Notes: generated from the letters alone by a model not told the origin. 64,000 nt of DNA from Planktothrix pseudagardhii (GCF_904830925.1 NZ_LR882967.1:3490106-3554105); one strand, 5' to 3'. Numbered from the stretch's first letter, positions 39,501 to 49,555 are shown. Numbers and translations are program-made.

Positions 39501-42500
39501 ATGATAGGTTGTAAAAATTAATAGTTCTGACGGAGATTTAAAATTTTGTAACTGATTTAAACACCGACTCAATTCAAGCTCCAATTCAGAGACATCGTTT
39601 CCCGTGAAATAAGCGATTTCAAGATAAGCTTGAGCAAGACAATAAGCTTCATCAATTCTCCCGGCTTCTTGAGCTTGTAAATAGCAAGTTTTGAGAGGAG
39701 ATAAAATCTGCTTTAAGGAAGTTTTCCAAGGTTTAATAAACCGATAAACCAGTTGTTTAACTTTGATAATTATTGCAAAATTTGCTTGTTTTTGCGATAA
39801 TTCTAAAGCTAATTCTCCCATTTGATTTCCGAACTCAATTTCCCCTTGCGTACAAAGAATAAATCCAAATACAGCATAGACAAAACTTGATAACGTTGTA
39901 TTTCCTTGTTGATAGGATAAATGAACCAGTTTTAAAACCCAAAATGGGAATTGTTTGGGAATTACCCGATAAGCAGAAGGAAAAGCAGAGGTTAAAATTC
40001 TAAATAAATTTACTAAATTAGTATTAGATAATTCGGGTAAATCTAATAATGCTAAGGGTGTTCTTCCCCCTAAATTTTTAATAAAATTATGCTTGAATTC
40101 CTGCCAACTTTCTTCACTAAAATTATCACCCCAGGTGAACCCTAATTGTTGACAAACAGCTAACGCAAGATTGACCGCATTGTGATCTTGATTTTGGCTC
40201 CTATAAGCTTGAATCATTAATTCATAAATTCTTACTTTATGCCCGAATATTTTAACATTTTCTAAAACAATATTTCCCCACTTGTGTAAATTTTCCCAAT
40301 CTTGGCTGAGATAAGCAATTTCTGCTGCTTCTGTGTATAATTCTAATGTTAATTGATAGTCTCGTTCCCAACTCTCCGTTACCAATAACCCCAGACCAAT
40401 CGCTAAATGTCCAATAGCTGTCGGATAGGCGGTGGCAATTTTCGCTTTTTGTCCGGCTATTAAATTAAATAAGGCTAATTGATCTCGTTCTTTTTGATCC
40501 TGAATTAAGCCTACTCCTAAATTGAGTTGATTAATGATATTTAATAAAACTTCGGTTGAAATTATATGTAAAATAATCTTAATGGATTGATTAAAATATT
40601 GTTTTTTGATTTGATTTAAAAGCGAATTTCCGATTTTTAAATGAGTCGCTTGTCGTTGATGAGTTGGAATTAAAAGATAAGCAGCTTGTTGAACTCGGTC
40701 ATGAATAAATTGGTATTTATCAATACCGGGCTGTAACAACGGTAAGGTTTCATTTGGATCAAAGTGTGGAGGGGAAAATACTTCAGTTTCTAAGGAATAA
40801 AAGGGATAAATATCTCTAGCAATAACAATAAATTGAGCCTGTAAAGCAATTTCTAAAGCTTTTAATGTTTCTAAATAAGTTTTTTCAGTTACGGTAGCTA
40901 AATCTACGGCATTAAATTGATTTCCTAAACAAGCCGCAATTTTTAAAATTTCTTGGGTGTCTGGAGGTAATTGTTGTAATTGATGAAGAATTAAATCTAA
41001 AATATTAGAGTTAATCGAACGGGTTTTAATTTGAGTTAAATTACATTGCCAACCTCCGAATAAATTTCGATTTTTTAAGGAAGATTGAGGCGGATTAAAC
41101 CAAATTAGTTCTTCTGTATATAAGGTTTGTAGAAATTGACGAACAAAAAAAGGATTTCCTTGAGTTTTTTGACTGACTAATTCTGCCAAAGGTTTAGCCC
41201 GGTCTAAGGAACAAACTAATGTTTCTGCTATTAGTTGATTAATCGCAGAATCTTCTAAAGCATTTAAAGGAATTCGATGTAAGGGAATTCCTGAATTTTC
41301 TAAGGTTTCTAAGATTTTAATTAAAGGATGTGTTTCCCCGATCTCGTCATCCCGATACGCTAAAATTAGCACTAAGGTTGGAGGTGTAGAATAAATATTT
41401 TGTTCAGGACTCATCAAAACCTGAATTAATCGTAAGGATTCAACATCTGCCCATTGTAAATCATCTAAAAAAATGACTAAGGGATGATGAGGTTTGGCAA
41501 AAGTTTGAATTAGCTTTTGAATTAAACGATTAAATTGATTCAGGTCAAGATTAACCTCTGATTCAGTCAGGGAAGACTGTTGATTTAATAAAACTTTCAG
41601 TTCAGGAATAACAGCCATTAAAACCGGGGCTTGATCTCCGAGTCCATTTAAAAGTTTCTTTTTCCAAGCTTCTACCTGTTCCAAAGGTTCAGTTAATACT
41701 TGTTGAATTAATTGTTTAATCCCTTGTACCCATCCCCAAAAAGGCGTATTCGTTTTAAATTGATCAAATTTGCCTGTGATAAAATAACTGTCTAAGGTGA
41801 CACAATGAGTTATAGGCAAAACTCCTGTTCCACAATATGCAACGGTTTGATAGAATTCTTGAACCAGGGAAGACTTGCCAATTCCTGATTGACCTGTAAT
41901 TACAATAATTTCTGATTGAGCCGTGTTCACAATCGAATTTAAACGCTCAATTTCTGGCTCTCGTCCATAAAATTTATTGGGAATAATAAATCGATCATTT
42001 AAGTCAATCGTCGCCAAAGGAAACGGAGGAATATCCCCCAGTTTTTCCCATTGTTCTAAACAATTTTCTAAATCATAGCGCAGTCCTAATGGAGTTTGAT
42101 AACGCTCCTCTGGATTTTTAGCCATCAATTTTAAAATAATATTATTGAGCATTATCGGTAAGGTCGGTTTAATTTCGCTTAAAGGCTGAGGAAGCAGGGC
42201 TAAATGAGCATGAATTAATTCTAGGGGATCAGAAGATGGAAACGGAAGTTTTCGAGTTAATAATTGATAAAGTGTTACGCCTAAAGAATACAAATCTGTG
42301 CGATAATCAATACCCCGATGGGTTCGTCCGGTTTGTTCGGGAGACATATAAGCTAAAGTTCCTTCTAATCCTTGAGAATTAACAACTTCTTGATGGGAAT
42401 GATTCAGTTGAATAGAAATACTAAAATCAATCAGTTGAACTTTCAAAGTTTCCGGGTGAATTAAAATATTTTGCAGTTTAACATCTTTATGAATCACCCG

Positions 42501-42866
42501 ATGTTGATACAATTGTTCTAAAATTTGAGTAATTTCAATGGCAATTTTTAATAATTCACTTAAGGTTAGTTCTCGCTGTACTAAATAATCGGCTAGTGAA
42601 ATATAGCCTTGATCAGCCATAATCAAGGCAAACCCATTACAATAGGGTTCCAAATCCAGAATCGGAACAATACCGGATATATTAAGAGCTTTGGCAATGC
42701 GATATTGATTTCTAAATTCAATCAAAGAGGGTACGGTTGGATATTCACTGCGTAATAGTTTAATCACAACCGGGTAACCATCAGACAAACGAATCCCACG
42801 ATAAACCAGTGTTCTCGAACCATTATAGATCGGGTTAAGAATCTGATAGCCAGGTAAAGTGATCAT
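36540..42866 (-). CDS. Giant multidomain signalling protein: Ser/Thr-kinase-like domain, AAA/STAND NTPase, TPR-like helical region, GAF, two PAS, class III adenylate/guanylate cyclase
   Basis: The kinase-like N-terminus (VVIKLL, HKDVKLQN, DFS, SPE), the P-loop ITGQSGIGKSSL and the GAF and PAS blocks are present. The C-terminal cyclase homology domain is FADIRDFTSLSE...GDEIMALFG...VNVASRIE. It is 2108 aa with no internal stops. Confidence 0.85.
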   Translation of the reverse strand: MITLPGYQILNPIYNGSRTLVYRGIRLSDGYPVVIKLLRSEYPTVPSLIEFRNQYRIAKALNISGIVPILDLEPYCNGFALIMADQGYISLADYLVQRELTLSELLKIAIEITQILEQLYQHRVIHKDVKLQNILIHPETLKVQLIDFSISIQLNHSHQEVVNSQGLEGTLAYMSPEQTGRTHRGIDYRTDLYSLGVTLYQLLTRKLPFPSSDPLELIHAHLALLPQPLSEIKPTLPIMLNNIILKLMAKNPEERYQTPLGLRYDLENCLEQWEKLGDIPPFPLATIDLNDRFIIPNKFYGREPEIERLNSIVNTAQSEIIVITGQSGIGKSSLVQEFYQTVAYCGTGVLPITHCVTLDSYFITGKFDQFKTNTPFWGWVQGIKQLIQQVLTEPLEQVEAWKKKLLNGLGDQAPVLMAVIPELKVLLNQQSSLTESEVNLDLNQFNRLIQKLIQTFAKPHHPLVIFLDDLQWADVESLRLIQVLMSPEQNIYSTPPTLVLILAYRDDEIGETHPLIKILETLENSGIPLHRIPLNALEDSAINQLIAETLVCSLDRAKPLAELVSQKTQGNPFFVRQFLQTLYTEELIWFNPPQSSLKNRNLFGGWQCNLTQIKTRSINSNILDLILHQLQQLPPDTQEILKIAACLGNQFNAVDLATVTEKTYLETLKALEIALQAQFIVIARDIYPFYSLETEVFSPPHFDPNETLPLLQPGIDKYQFIHDRVQQAAYLLIPTHQRQATHLKIGNSLLNQIKKQYFNQSIKIILHIISTEVLLNIINQLNLGVGLIQDQKERDQLALFNLIAGQKAKIATAYPTAIGHLAIGLGLLVTESWERDYQLTLELYTEAAEIAYLSQDWENLHKWGNIVLENVKIFGHKVRIYELMIQAYRSQNQDHNAVNLALAVCQQLGFTWGDNFSEESWQEFKHNFIKNLGGRTPLALLDLPELSNTNLVNLFRILTSAFPSAYRVIPKQFPFWVLKLVHLSYQQGNTTLSSFVYAVFGFILCTQGEIEFGNQMGELALELSQKQANFAIIIKVKQLVYRFIKPWKTSLKQILSPLKTCYLQAQEAGRIDEAYCLAQAYLEIAYFTGNDVSELELELSRCLNQLQNFKSPSELLIFTTYHQSLQILNGKLEGDTSLNFTGHAENGTIGTTEIGYSSQEIPFELSLNFMVLNYRLDRLQQAKEWSQQAECYLNKDTYFVLQPFFYCYQSLIDLAIYPELSSEDQVKISEKVTQNQEKLKAFSQGTPMNFSHLFYLVEAEFNHIQGDYIKAIEAYEQAIMLAKTYQFIQEEALAEELAAKFYLDWGKEKIARVYLIDAYYSYAHWGAFAKVKDLESRYPQLLNSILAQLVIPTTGTTISNNTTETIISSSHGGSAALDLATVTKASQALSQEIDLEQLLKRLIQVVIENAGAEKCCILLSKSGKLAIEAIASLNPINGGSIEIESLLKSVSVEQSNALPLLILNTVIQTQEFMILADARQESRYRNDPYLIEHQSKSILMTPIQNRGKLIGILYLENNLATAVFTPERLEVLKILFSQAAISIDNAKLYSQVRNNEQQMTQFLEGIPVGVAVLDPTGKPYFTNQKAQQLLKTKVTPGLFCEALSNIYQAYLNWCQQHQFDQLTPYCDLYNPTPDTTFILEVNQGEQTILLENWVTPTYDEEGDLMYAILAFQDITKRQQTELALRQAEEKYRSIFENASEGLFQTTREGHYISANPALAKILGYDSPWDLMSTVRNVEEQIYVDSQRRLDFIQLIDQQGEVSGFEFKAYRKDGSIIWISENARAVFNDKNELLYYEGFVVDITERKTAEEERLQFMAKLSELNHHLDEALDSEFELTDAAARFVPHEFLSFLGYESIVEVQLGAAVQKEMSILFADIRDFTSLSEDMTPEDNFKFINAFLSRMEPAIVENYGFIDKYIGDEIMALFGGSADDAVRAGISMISRLNEYNETRQRPERPPIKIGIGINTGGLMLGIVGGKNRLDSTVISDSVNVASRIENLTKNYGVSLLITHPTFMALENANEYAIRIIDRVKVKGKSDAVTVYEVFDSDLPEIKAGKLRTKTTFEYGLMQYYLERYSEAARLFQECLHHLPMDKVAQIYLERCLSKMF

Positions 42867-43060
42867 AGCGGGGTTCTTGTTTATCGAAACCGGGAAAGGG
42901 TGTCATCTGGAAATAGGACGTGTGGTGATTAACACCTCACTCCTTCACATCAGAAAGGCAAGTTACGAAGCGGTTTGTTGAGTACGCGGTGGCGGGTGGA
43001 GGTAGCGGGTGTCAGAACATACAACGGTCAACTCTCAGCGCTCAACATCCTCAACTCTTT

Positions 43061-45970
43061 TCATGATAATTGATTCAGTGAGGGTCGTCCGATAGCCCCT
43101 GCAAATATCCAACCATCGGGTAATATTGCCCCTGTTAGGATTACTTCTGTGCCGTTGGCCTCATTAACAACAGCACCCTGAAGAGTAGCATAGGAAAGAT
43201 CAGCCTGTGTTAAATTTGTCCCACTCAAATTAGCATCCTTCAAATTAGCACGAACCAATTGCGCCTGACTCAAATCAGCATGACTGAGATCTGCACGACT
43301 CAAATCACAAGAATTCAATCGAGTCTGTTGTAAATTAGTGCCAACACATTTGACTCGCTGTAGATTAGCACCTGTCATGTTAGCTTGGCTTAAATTCGCC
43401 ACTACTAATTTAGCGTAATTTAAGTTAGCATGGGTGAGGTTGGTTTGTTGAAGATTCGCTCCAATTAAATTAGCATGACTTAAATTCACCCCCGTTAAAT
43501 CGAGAGCGGATAGATTTGCGCCTTGAAAATTGCGATCGCCATTCTTATATCTTCGCAGCAGTTCTCCGCCATCGGTGATGCTAATATCCCGTTGGGGGGG
43601 AAACCGTAAACGAAACGTTAAAGTATTTCCGCTTTCAATGACTCGTGCTAATTCTTCATAAAAAGGATAGGAACCTAAACCGCTTAACCTCAGCCAACCC
43701 CGTGAACGAGTCATCGCCACAAATAATTGATTACGGAAATTAAGATTATTTTCAGCAACCGCAATTTGATCTAAACCCACCAAATAAACCATATCAGCTT
43801 CATGTCCTTTCGCTCGATGAATACGAGAAATAGTTACCCCGCCTTCACACCAAAATTGATTCGCATGGGCATTATTAGAAGTCGGTTTGAGAATATTACA
43901 GTCCGGTGTTCCAGGGATAAAAATATCAATTCCTTGCTGCATTAAAAAGTTAGCAATCTTGGTTTCAAGTTCTATCGCTTCCCATCCCATTCCTAAAACA
44001 ATGACTAAAATTTCTCGACTGGGACGCAAGCCATCAATTTTTAAGTTATATAGAATGCGATCGCTTAAGGCGGTTAATTCTTCGGAACGAGAACGATAAG
44101 CTTCAAATTCAATTAAAGGTTTTTTCCATAACGCTGATACAGGATTAGGTGAATTGTGTTCAGGACGATAAAGGGTAATCGTTTCGCCCAATTTTAAAGG
44201 AGAATTGTGGGGATCATTTTCTGGTTCTTTCAAATTTGTTAATATGACTTTATACCCCATCGTTTCCCAATCTTCTGCCCACTTCATTCCGGTTAATAAT
44301 CCTTGCGGACGCAATAACCCCAAACCAATCCCATGAGCCGCCGTTAAAATCGGGGCTGGAATCCGATAACATCGAGACATAATCTCTGTTTTTTTAATTC
44401 CGTTGCCATATTCTCCCGTAACTAATTGTCCCCACTCATCTCCAAATAATTCACTCGCCGTCGGCACTTTTAAACTTTCTAAACTTTGAACTTCATCATA
44501 AGCCCAAATCAAGCGTTTTTGAGGAATTTCAGAATTATTGTCTTCTTCCCGATGAACAGGACGTAAGGCTTGATACGCCATCCAATAAAAGGGCTGTTTT
44601 CCCTCAAATTTTAGATCTTCCTCAACAATAAAATCCTGACCTTCATCAATTAAAATAGCATCAAAAATAGCGGGAATCGTTGCCGATGCTAATAAATGAT
44701 AACAAGCTTCTGCTAAGGCTTCATTCGCGTTTGAACGAGTTGTTTGTTGAACACTTTGGCTCCAAACTCCCGCAGCTTGACAAATGGTGCGATAAAAACC
44801 GGGTTGATCCTTTGCCCCCCAAGCATGAAGAACTTTTAATTTAGAATTCTGGGGATCATACCTGATTTGATTGCAACTAAATCGCCTTAACCATTGATCA
44901 ATTTGTTGTAAAATTGGATCATATAAACTCCGACTAAAAAATACAAACGCAATATCCCATTCAGGATTTTTCAGGTGCATTTGTGCTGCTTTTTGACACA
45001 GTAACACCGTTTTTCCTGAACCCGCAATTCCCCGAATTCGTTGTGGCCCTGGGGGGATCACTTTGGCAATTTGTTCCTGTTGTAAATCCAGTTCAGAAAT
45101 ACGTTGTCTAGCAATAGCTAAGACCGCACTGCGGGTTAAAGCGGTTTCTAAATCATCCGTTTGGCTGAAAAAAAAGCGACGAGTCGGTGGACGAAATAAC
45201 GGTGTTCCACTAATGACCGCCTTTAACAGTCCCCATTGTTCCTCAGAAAGTTCACTTCCCCGCGTGACTAACGGTGCATTCTCAATTTTTTCAATTAAAC
45301 TGGAATCTTGACCGTTGACAGGTGACGGTTCCGAGAAAAAGGGTGTGTTTGCTGTGATCGAAGATTCGACCCCCTTAAACCCCAGATCCTCTTGAAATAG
45401 AATAGGAGGAGAACTCGGCAACCGATCAAATCCCCGGCATTGCCATTGAGAGTGAAGAATGCGAGGTAAGGCGACGAGGACACGACCCGGAACCTTCTGA
45501 TGCAGAATCTCTTCTAAATTGCAATAGTCCAGTAGGGCAAAGAGTTGATGTTCTGCCTGTTGATAGGGGTTCGCCTGGGTCGTATAAAATTCTTGGAGTT
45601 CCCAACGATGACCTGTAATTCCCAGAATTTGCTCAATCGTTATTGATTTCACCTCAATAATAATTAATCCCAATTCTGCATCTACGATTAAAATATCCGG
45701 TTCTTTCCGAAAGGTTCCCAATTTTGAGAAAATCGGATAACGCCAATAGGCAATACAATCTCGTGGCTCAAAGCTTTGACAAATCGCCATCCAGACTTGA
45801 GATTCGGCTTTTTCTCCTGCCATAAACAGGGGTTCAGTAGTAATAAATTTACGATCTGGGGACAAAGATTCTCCCATTATTTTTAGGGTGTTGGGAACAG
45901 AGGAAAGGAGGAGACAAGGAGTAGGGTGCATCAGCGCGACTCGCCCACACCAACAACAGTCAACCCTCAA
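43061..45970 (-). CDS. NERD nuclease-related domain / SF1 (UvrD-like) helicase protein with C-terminal pentapeptide-repeat domain
   Basis: The N-terminal NERD-like block is EPDILIVDAELGLIIIEVKS. The helicase has motif I GIAGSGKT, motif II ILIDEGQDF and motif VI LFVAMTRSRGWLRLSG. The last about 170 aa are tandem A(N/D)L(S/T)x pentapeptide repeats. The true start is probably near 45878 (MGESLSPD). Confidence 0.75.
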   Translation of the reverse strand: MRVDCCWCGRVALMHPTPCLLLSSVPNTLKIMGESLSPDRKFITTEPLFMAGEKAESQVWMAICQSFEPRDCIAYWRYPIFSKLGTFRKEPDILIVDAELGLIIIEVKSITIEQILGITGHRWELQEFYTTQANPYQQAEHQLFALLDYCNLEEILHQKVPGRVLVALPRILHSQWQCRGFDRLPSSPPILFQEDLGFKGVESSITANTPFFSEPSPVNGQDSSLIEKIENAPLVTRGSELSEEQWGLLKAVISGTPLFRPPTRRFFFSQTDDLETALTRSAVLAIARQRISELDLQQEQIAKVIPPGPQRIRGIAGSGKTVLLCQKAAQMHLKNPEWDIAFVFFSRSLYDPILQQIDQWLRRFSCNQIRYDPQNSKLKVLHAWGAKDQPGFYRTICQAAGVWSQSVQQTTRSNANEALAEACYHLLASATIPAIFDAILIDEGQDFIVEEDLKFEGKQPFYWMAYQALRPVHREEDNNSEIPQKRLIWAYDEVQSLESLKVPTASELFGDEWGQLVTGEYGNGIKKTEIMSRCYRIPAPILTAAHGIGLGLLRPQGLLTGMKWAEDWETMGYKVILTNLKEPENDPHNSPLKLGETITLYRPEHNSPNPVSALWKKPLIEFEAYRSRSEELTALSDRILYNLKIDGLRPSREILVIVLGMGWEAIELETKIANFLMQQGIDIFIPGTPDCNILKPTSNNAHANQFWCEGGVTISRIHRAKGHEADMVYLVGLDQIAVAENNLNFRNQLFVAMTRSRGWLRLSGLGSYPFYEELARVIESGNTLTFRLRFPPQRDISITDGGELLRRYKNGDRNFQGANLSALDLTGVNLSHANLIGANLQQTNLTHANLNYAKLVVANLSQANMTGANLQRVKCVGTNLQQTRLNSCDLSRADLSHADLSQAQLVRANLKDANLSGTNLTQADLSYATLQGAVVNEANGTEVILTGAILPDGWIFAGAIGRPSLNQLS

Positions 45971-46156
45971 CCCTCCCTAGTTCTACCTTAAAATCTAAGG
46001 AAAAAAGTGATTTTTTGGAAGATAATAACTAGGAGCAAAACTCTTGCAACAACAGGACATCTTTACTATTCACCCTAAAATTGTTTCTGACACCATTCTG
46101 ATGATCTAGGTTTTGACCTTCCTCAGAGTGTCAACTTATCTCAACCTCTGTTAACT

Positions 46157-47314
46157 TTGTTTTACCTGATATCCACTAAGCGTCGATCACAAACTCAATT
46201 GAGTCTCATGGCTCCTTTTTATCGCCTGACCTTATTTGTATTCGCTTGTATTGCCTACTGTGGTGGAACGTTCTGCTTCAGTGGGAGTGCGGTTGCGAAG
46301 GTTGAGAACGAAACCCAACATCTCACAGACACAAACAGCCATCTCTTTACCCGACCCCTCACGGCTGGGTCAGATTTAGAGCGTTCTGCTTTATCCTGGC
46401 AAATTGCCCAAAGCAACCCTGAAAAACCACCAGCCAAAAAGCCTCAAAAACAGCCCCCTAAAAAATCATCTTTCCGCTTCCCCTCACGGATGTTAATCCT
46501 AGGGGTAGGAGCTTTAGTGATTACGGTCGGAGCCATTTTAATCTTAATTCGGCTGATCAGTCCTCCTAATGAGGATGAAGGTACAGTGGTGGATATTGAG
46601 GCGCAAACGGTTCCAGAAAATCTCCCTGAACCCCCAAAAATACCATCTCCCCCACCATCGGTACAGGTTAAAGCCATTACCCAGGGACAGATGCAAGTTT
46701 CTCCCACCGTTCTCCAACGGTCACAGCCTCCGGCTCCTGTAGAACAGAATGGTTATCGAGACGCGACATTACAGGTTTCTACCCCCGATACCCCATCCGA
46801 TCAACCGACGACCTCTGAAAACCCCCTAGGAGCGAATATCCCTGTAACGGATACGGTCAATCTTCACCCACCCTCCTATGGACTGAGGCTTGATCCCCAG
46901 GAACGATGGATTAATGATTTAAAACAGACCAGTCCTGATATTAGAAGTAATGCAATTTGGGAACTGGCACAAGCAGGAGATTCGAGAGCCATTCAACCGT
47001 TATTAGAGTTATTAATCTATTCTGATTCTAATCAACGCAGTTTAGTTTTAGCTGCCCTCTCAGAAATTGGAACTCGCACGTTAAAACCCCTGAGCCGCGC
47101 CTTAAGTTTGTCTCTCCAAGATGAAAATGCCGAAGTTAGAAAAAATGCTATTCGAGATTTAACCCGAATTTATGATTTAGCAACACAAATGAATCAAATC
47201 TTACAGCGAGCTATGGATGATCCTGATCCTGAAGTTAAAGAACTAGCTAAATGGGCAACCAATCGATTAAGCCGCCTCCGTTCTGTTTCGACCCACGATG
47301 AACCTCCGAATTGA
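46157..47314 (+). CDS. Membrane-anchored Pro-rich protein with C-terminal HEAT/PBS-lyase-type repeats
   Basis: It has an N-terminal TM/signal segment, a Pro/Gln-rich linker, a second TM segment, then HEAT-like repeats (DIRSNAIWELAQAGDSRAIQPLLELL...DPDPEVKELAKWA). Confidence 0.6.
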   Translation: MFYLISTKRRSQTQLSLMAPFYRLTLFVFACIAYCGGTFCFSGSAVAKVENETQHLTDTNSHLFTRPLTAGSDLERSALSWQIAQSNPEKPPAKKPQKQPPKKSSFRFPSRMLILGVGALVITVGAILILIRLISPPNEDEGTVVDIEAQTVPENLPEPPKIPSPPPSVQVKAITQGQMQVSPTVLQRSQPPAPVEQNGYRDATLQVSTPDTPSDQPTTSENPLGANIPVTDTVNLHPPSYGLRLDPQERWINDLKQTSPDIRSNAIWELAQAGDSRAIQPLLELLIYSDSNQRSLVLAALSEIGTRTLKPLSRALSLSLQDENAEVRKNAIRDLTRIYDLATQMNQILQRAMDDPDPEVKELAKWATNRLSRLRSVSTHDEPPN

Positions 47315-47366
47315 AGGTAAGGCGGTAGAACAGGGAATTTCAAGCTAGTTTTTTCTGAAAAAAATT

Positions 47367-47440
47367 ATATAGCAATACGCATTACAGTCAGGACACTTTT
47401 AAATCCTATTCCCTGTTGCCTCTTGCCTGTTGCCTGTTCT
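47367..47440. repeat. Chimeric small repeat (ATATAGCAAT + ACGCATTACAGTCAGGACAC module + CCTGTTG heptamer-like array)
   Basis: The modules are shared with 9186, 17835 and 51462-51481. The heptamer-like run is CCCTGTTGCCTCTTGCCTGTTGCCTGTTC. Confidence 0.45.
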
Positions 47441-47445
47441 CTTCT

Positions 47446-48291
47446 CTAAACCACCGTTTTCCGCAAAAATAAGATTAAAGCTTCACTGATTTCTTGAGGC
47501 CAATGTTCTTGGGGATAATGTCCGGCTTTTTCTAATGTCACAATTTCAGCCCCAGAAATTCCGTTTGCAAAGGTTTTAACATCGGTAAACTCTAACCAAG
47601 GATCGATTAATCCCCAAATAATTTGAGTCGGATGATGCCAATTTTTAAACCCAGATTCAATTTCAGTTAGGGCATCTTTTAACCGTAAATTTTTTAAGGT
47701 TGCTAAGAGCGATCGCCCCGCAGCAGATGCTTTTAAAAAGGGACTCCTATAAACTTCTAAAACTTTATCCTCAATCACATATTTACTGCCACCTTCCAAA
47801 GTACGATCCACTAATAACGGATCTTGAGTCATCATATCTCCCACAAACGGTAACGCCATTTGTTGTAATTTCCAGGGAAGTTTAGCAGAAGTTGAAATCG
47901 GAGTATTGAGAATAATTAATTTTTCAATTTGTTCAGGATGACGGAGCGCATATTGTAATCCCATTGAACCTAAAAATCCTTGCACAACTAAAGAAAATTT
48001 TTCTACTTTTAATTGTTTTAAAAATTCCTCTAACCCTTGAATAAAGGCATCAGGAGTATAAGCAAAATCTCGTTTATCCGGTTTTCCTGAATATCCCGAT
48101 CCAATCCAGTCCGGTGCGATCGCTTTATATCCTTGTTTTTCTAATTCATCCATCACCACCAACCAACTATAACTCTGAGAAACTAATCCATGCAAAAACA
48201 CCACAGGAATTTTATCAGTATTTTCCGGATTTGTTTCCCGATAAAACCACTCTAAAGATCCAACTTTAATCTCATTTTTAGTAATTGACAT
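47446..48291 (-). CDS. Alpha/beta-fold hydrolase
   Basis: It has the VVFLHGLVSQSYSW oxyanion/HG motif, a GxSxG-type nucleophile elbow and a C-terminal His. It is 281 aa. Confidence 0.8.
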   Translation of the reverse strand: MSITKNEIKVGSLEWFYRETNPENTDKIPVVFLHGLVSQSYSWLVVMDELEKQGYKAIAPDWIGSGYSGKPDKRDFAYTPDAFIQGLEEFLKQLKVEKFSLVVQGFLGSMGLQYALRHPEQIEKLIILNTPISTSAKLPWKLQQMALPFVGDMMTQDPLLVDRTLEGGSKYVIEDKVLEVYRSPFLKASAAGRSLLATLKNLRLKDALTEIESGFKNWHHPTQIIWGLIDPWLEFTDVKTFANGISGAEIVTLEKAGHYPQEHWPQEISEALILFLRKTVV

Positions 48292-48334
48292 GATAGTTTT
48301 AAACCCTAAATTAAATTAAATTACCTATTGCCTA

Positions 48335-48438
48335 TTCGTAATTCGTAATTCGTAATTCGTAATTCCCTATTCCCTATTCCCTGTTCCCTGTTCCCTTCCC
48401 CAAAACAGCTGTAGAGACGCTGGATTCAACGTCTCTAC
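48335..48438. repeat. Tandem heptamer arrays (TAATTCG x4; CCCTATT/CCCTGTT x4) followed by a 28-bp palindromic element GTAGAGACGC..GCGTCTCTAC
   Basis: It was read directly from the sequence. It lies between convergent genes and downstream of petA, so it may terminate transcription. Confidence 0.7.
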
Positions 48439-48469
48439 ACAGGTTGAAATCATGAAAATGAATCAAAAT

Positions 48470-49483
48470 TTAGAAGTTCATTTCAGCCGCTTGAACTTTC
48501 TCAATCTGTTTCTTCTTCATCACCAGCATTACTTGAGCTAACATCACCAAGGCGATAAAAGCAATTAACCCAGTAACACGAGTGGAACTTTGCAGAACGA
48601 TTTCGGTATCATGTTGACCAAAGCCACCGACGTTGGGGTTATTGGTTAAAGCATCACCGGCGGCAACAGTTTGGCCTTCAGACACAATCACAGAAGGGCC
48701 AGGAGGAATTTCATCCACAACGGTTTGACCGTCCGCCGTTTGAATCGTCACCTGGGAACCCGCTCCCTCTTCGGTGGTCACTTGGGTAACGGTTCCAGCA
48801 ACGGAAGCTTTATAAAGCGTATTATTGCTAGAATTTCCAGCCGGATAGACTTGACCGCGACCCCGGTTTCCTCCGACATGAATCGCAAATTTACCATAGT
48901 GAACAGATTTATCCGTTGCTGGGTCAGGAGACAACACCGGGAAGATAATTTCCTGATGTTCTTCCCCAGGTAACGGCCCCACAATGACCACATTTTCTTG
49001 ATCTTCGCGATAGGGTTGGAAATAAAGATCCCCAATTTCCTCTTTCCATTCTTCAGGAATGCGATCTTCAGGAGCAATCTTAAAGCCTTCGGGCAGCATT
49101 AACACCGCACCGACGTTTAAACCTCCTTTGCTACCATCTCCAAGCACTTGCTGAACATTGGTATCGTAAGGAACTTTAACAACCGCTTTAAAAACAGTAT
49201 CCGGTAAAACAGAATGGGGGACTTCAATTTCTGTCGGCTTGGACGCTAAATGGCAGTTCGCACAAACAATTCGTCCCGTCGGTTCACGGGGGGTCAGGGG
49301 TGCTGTTTCTTGCGCCCAAAAGGGATAAGCCGCAGCAGACTGGGGTAGAGCAAAATCACCCCCAAAGAAGAAAGCGACGGCAGCAACAGCAACCCACACT
49401 AACTTCCACAGCCTAGAACGGCGTACAGTTAGGCATTGATCAATTTGTCGCATAAAAGATTGTTCTATCTCTCTCAAAGTCAA
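48470..49483 (-). CDS. petA: Cytochrome f (apocytochrome f, cytochrome b6f complex)
   Basis: The mature N-terminus is [10 protein letters not shown], and the CANCH heme-binding motif and C-terminal TM anchor are present. Confidence 0.9.
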   Translation of the reverse strand: MTLREIEQSFMRQIDQCLTVRRSRLWKLVWVAVAAVAFFFGGDFALPQSAAAYPFWAQETAPLTPREPTGRIVCANCHLASKPTEIEVPHSVLPDTVFKAVVKVPYDTNVQQVLGDGSKGGLNVGAVLMLPEGFKIAPEDRIPEEWKEEIGDLYFQPYREDQENVVIVGPLPGEEHQEIIFPVLSPDPATDKSVHYGKFAIHVGGNRGRGQVYPAGNSSNNTLYKASVAGTVTQVTTEEGAGSQVTIQTADGQTVVDEIPPGPSVIVSEGQTVAAGDALTNNPNVGGFGQHDTEIVLQSSTRVTGLIAFIALVMLAQVMLVMKKKQIEKVQAAEMNF

Positions 49484-49555
49484 CCTACTGTTTCATATTT
49501 AGATTTAGATTCCAGATTTTAGAAACCCAAGCCCAAATCTAAAGCCTAAAATTTA

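Noticed and set aside
48335-48396. Possible CRISPR array suggested by short tandem repeats
   Set aside because: The repeats are 7-bp units with no spacers, and no cas genes are nearby. They are STRR-type microsatellites, not CRISPR.
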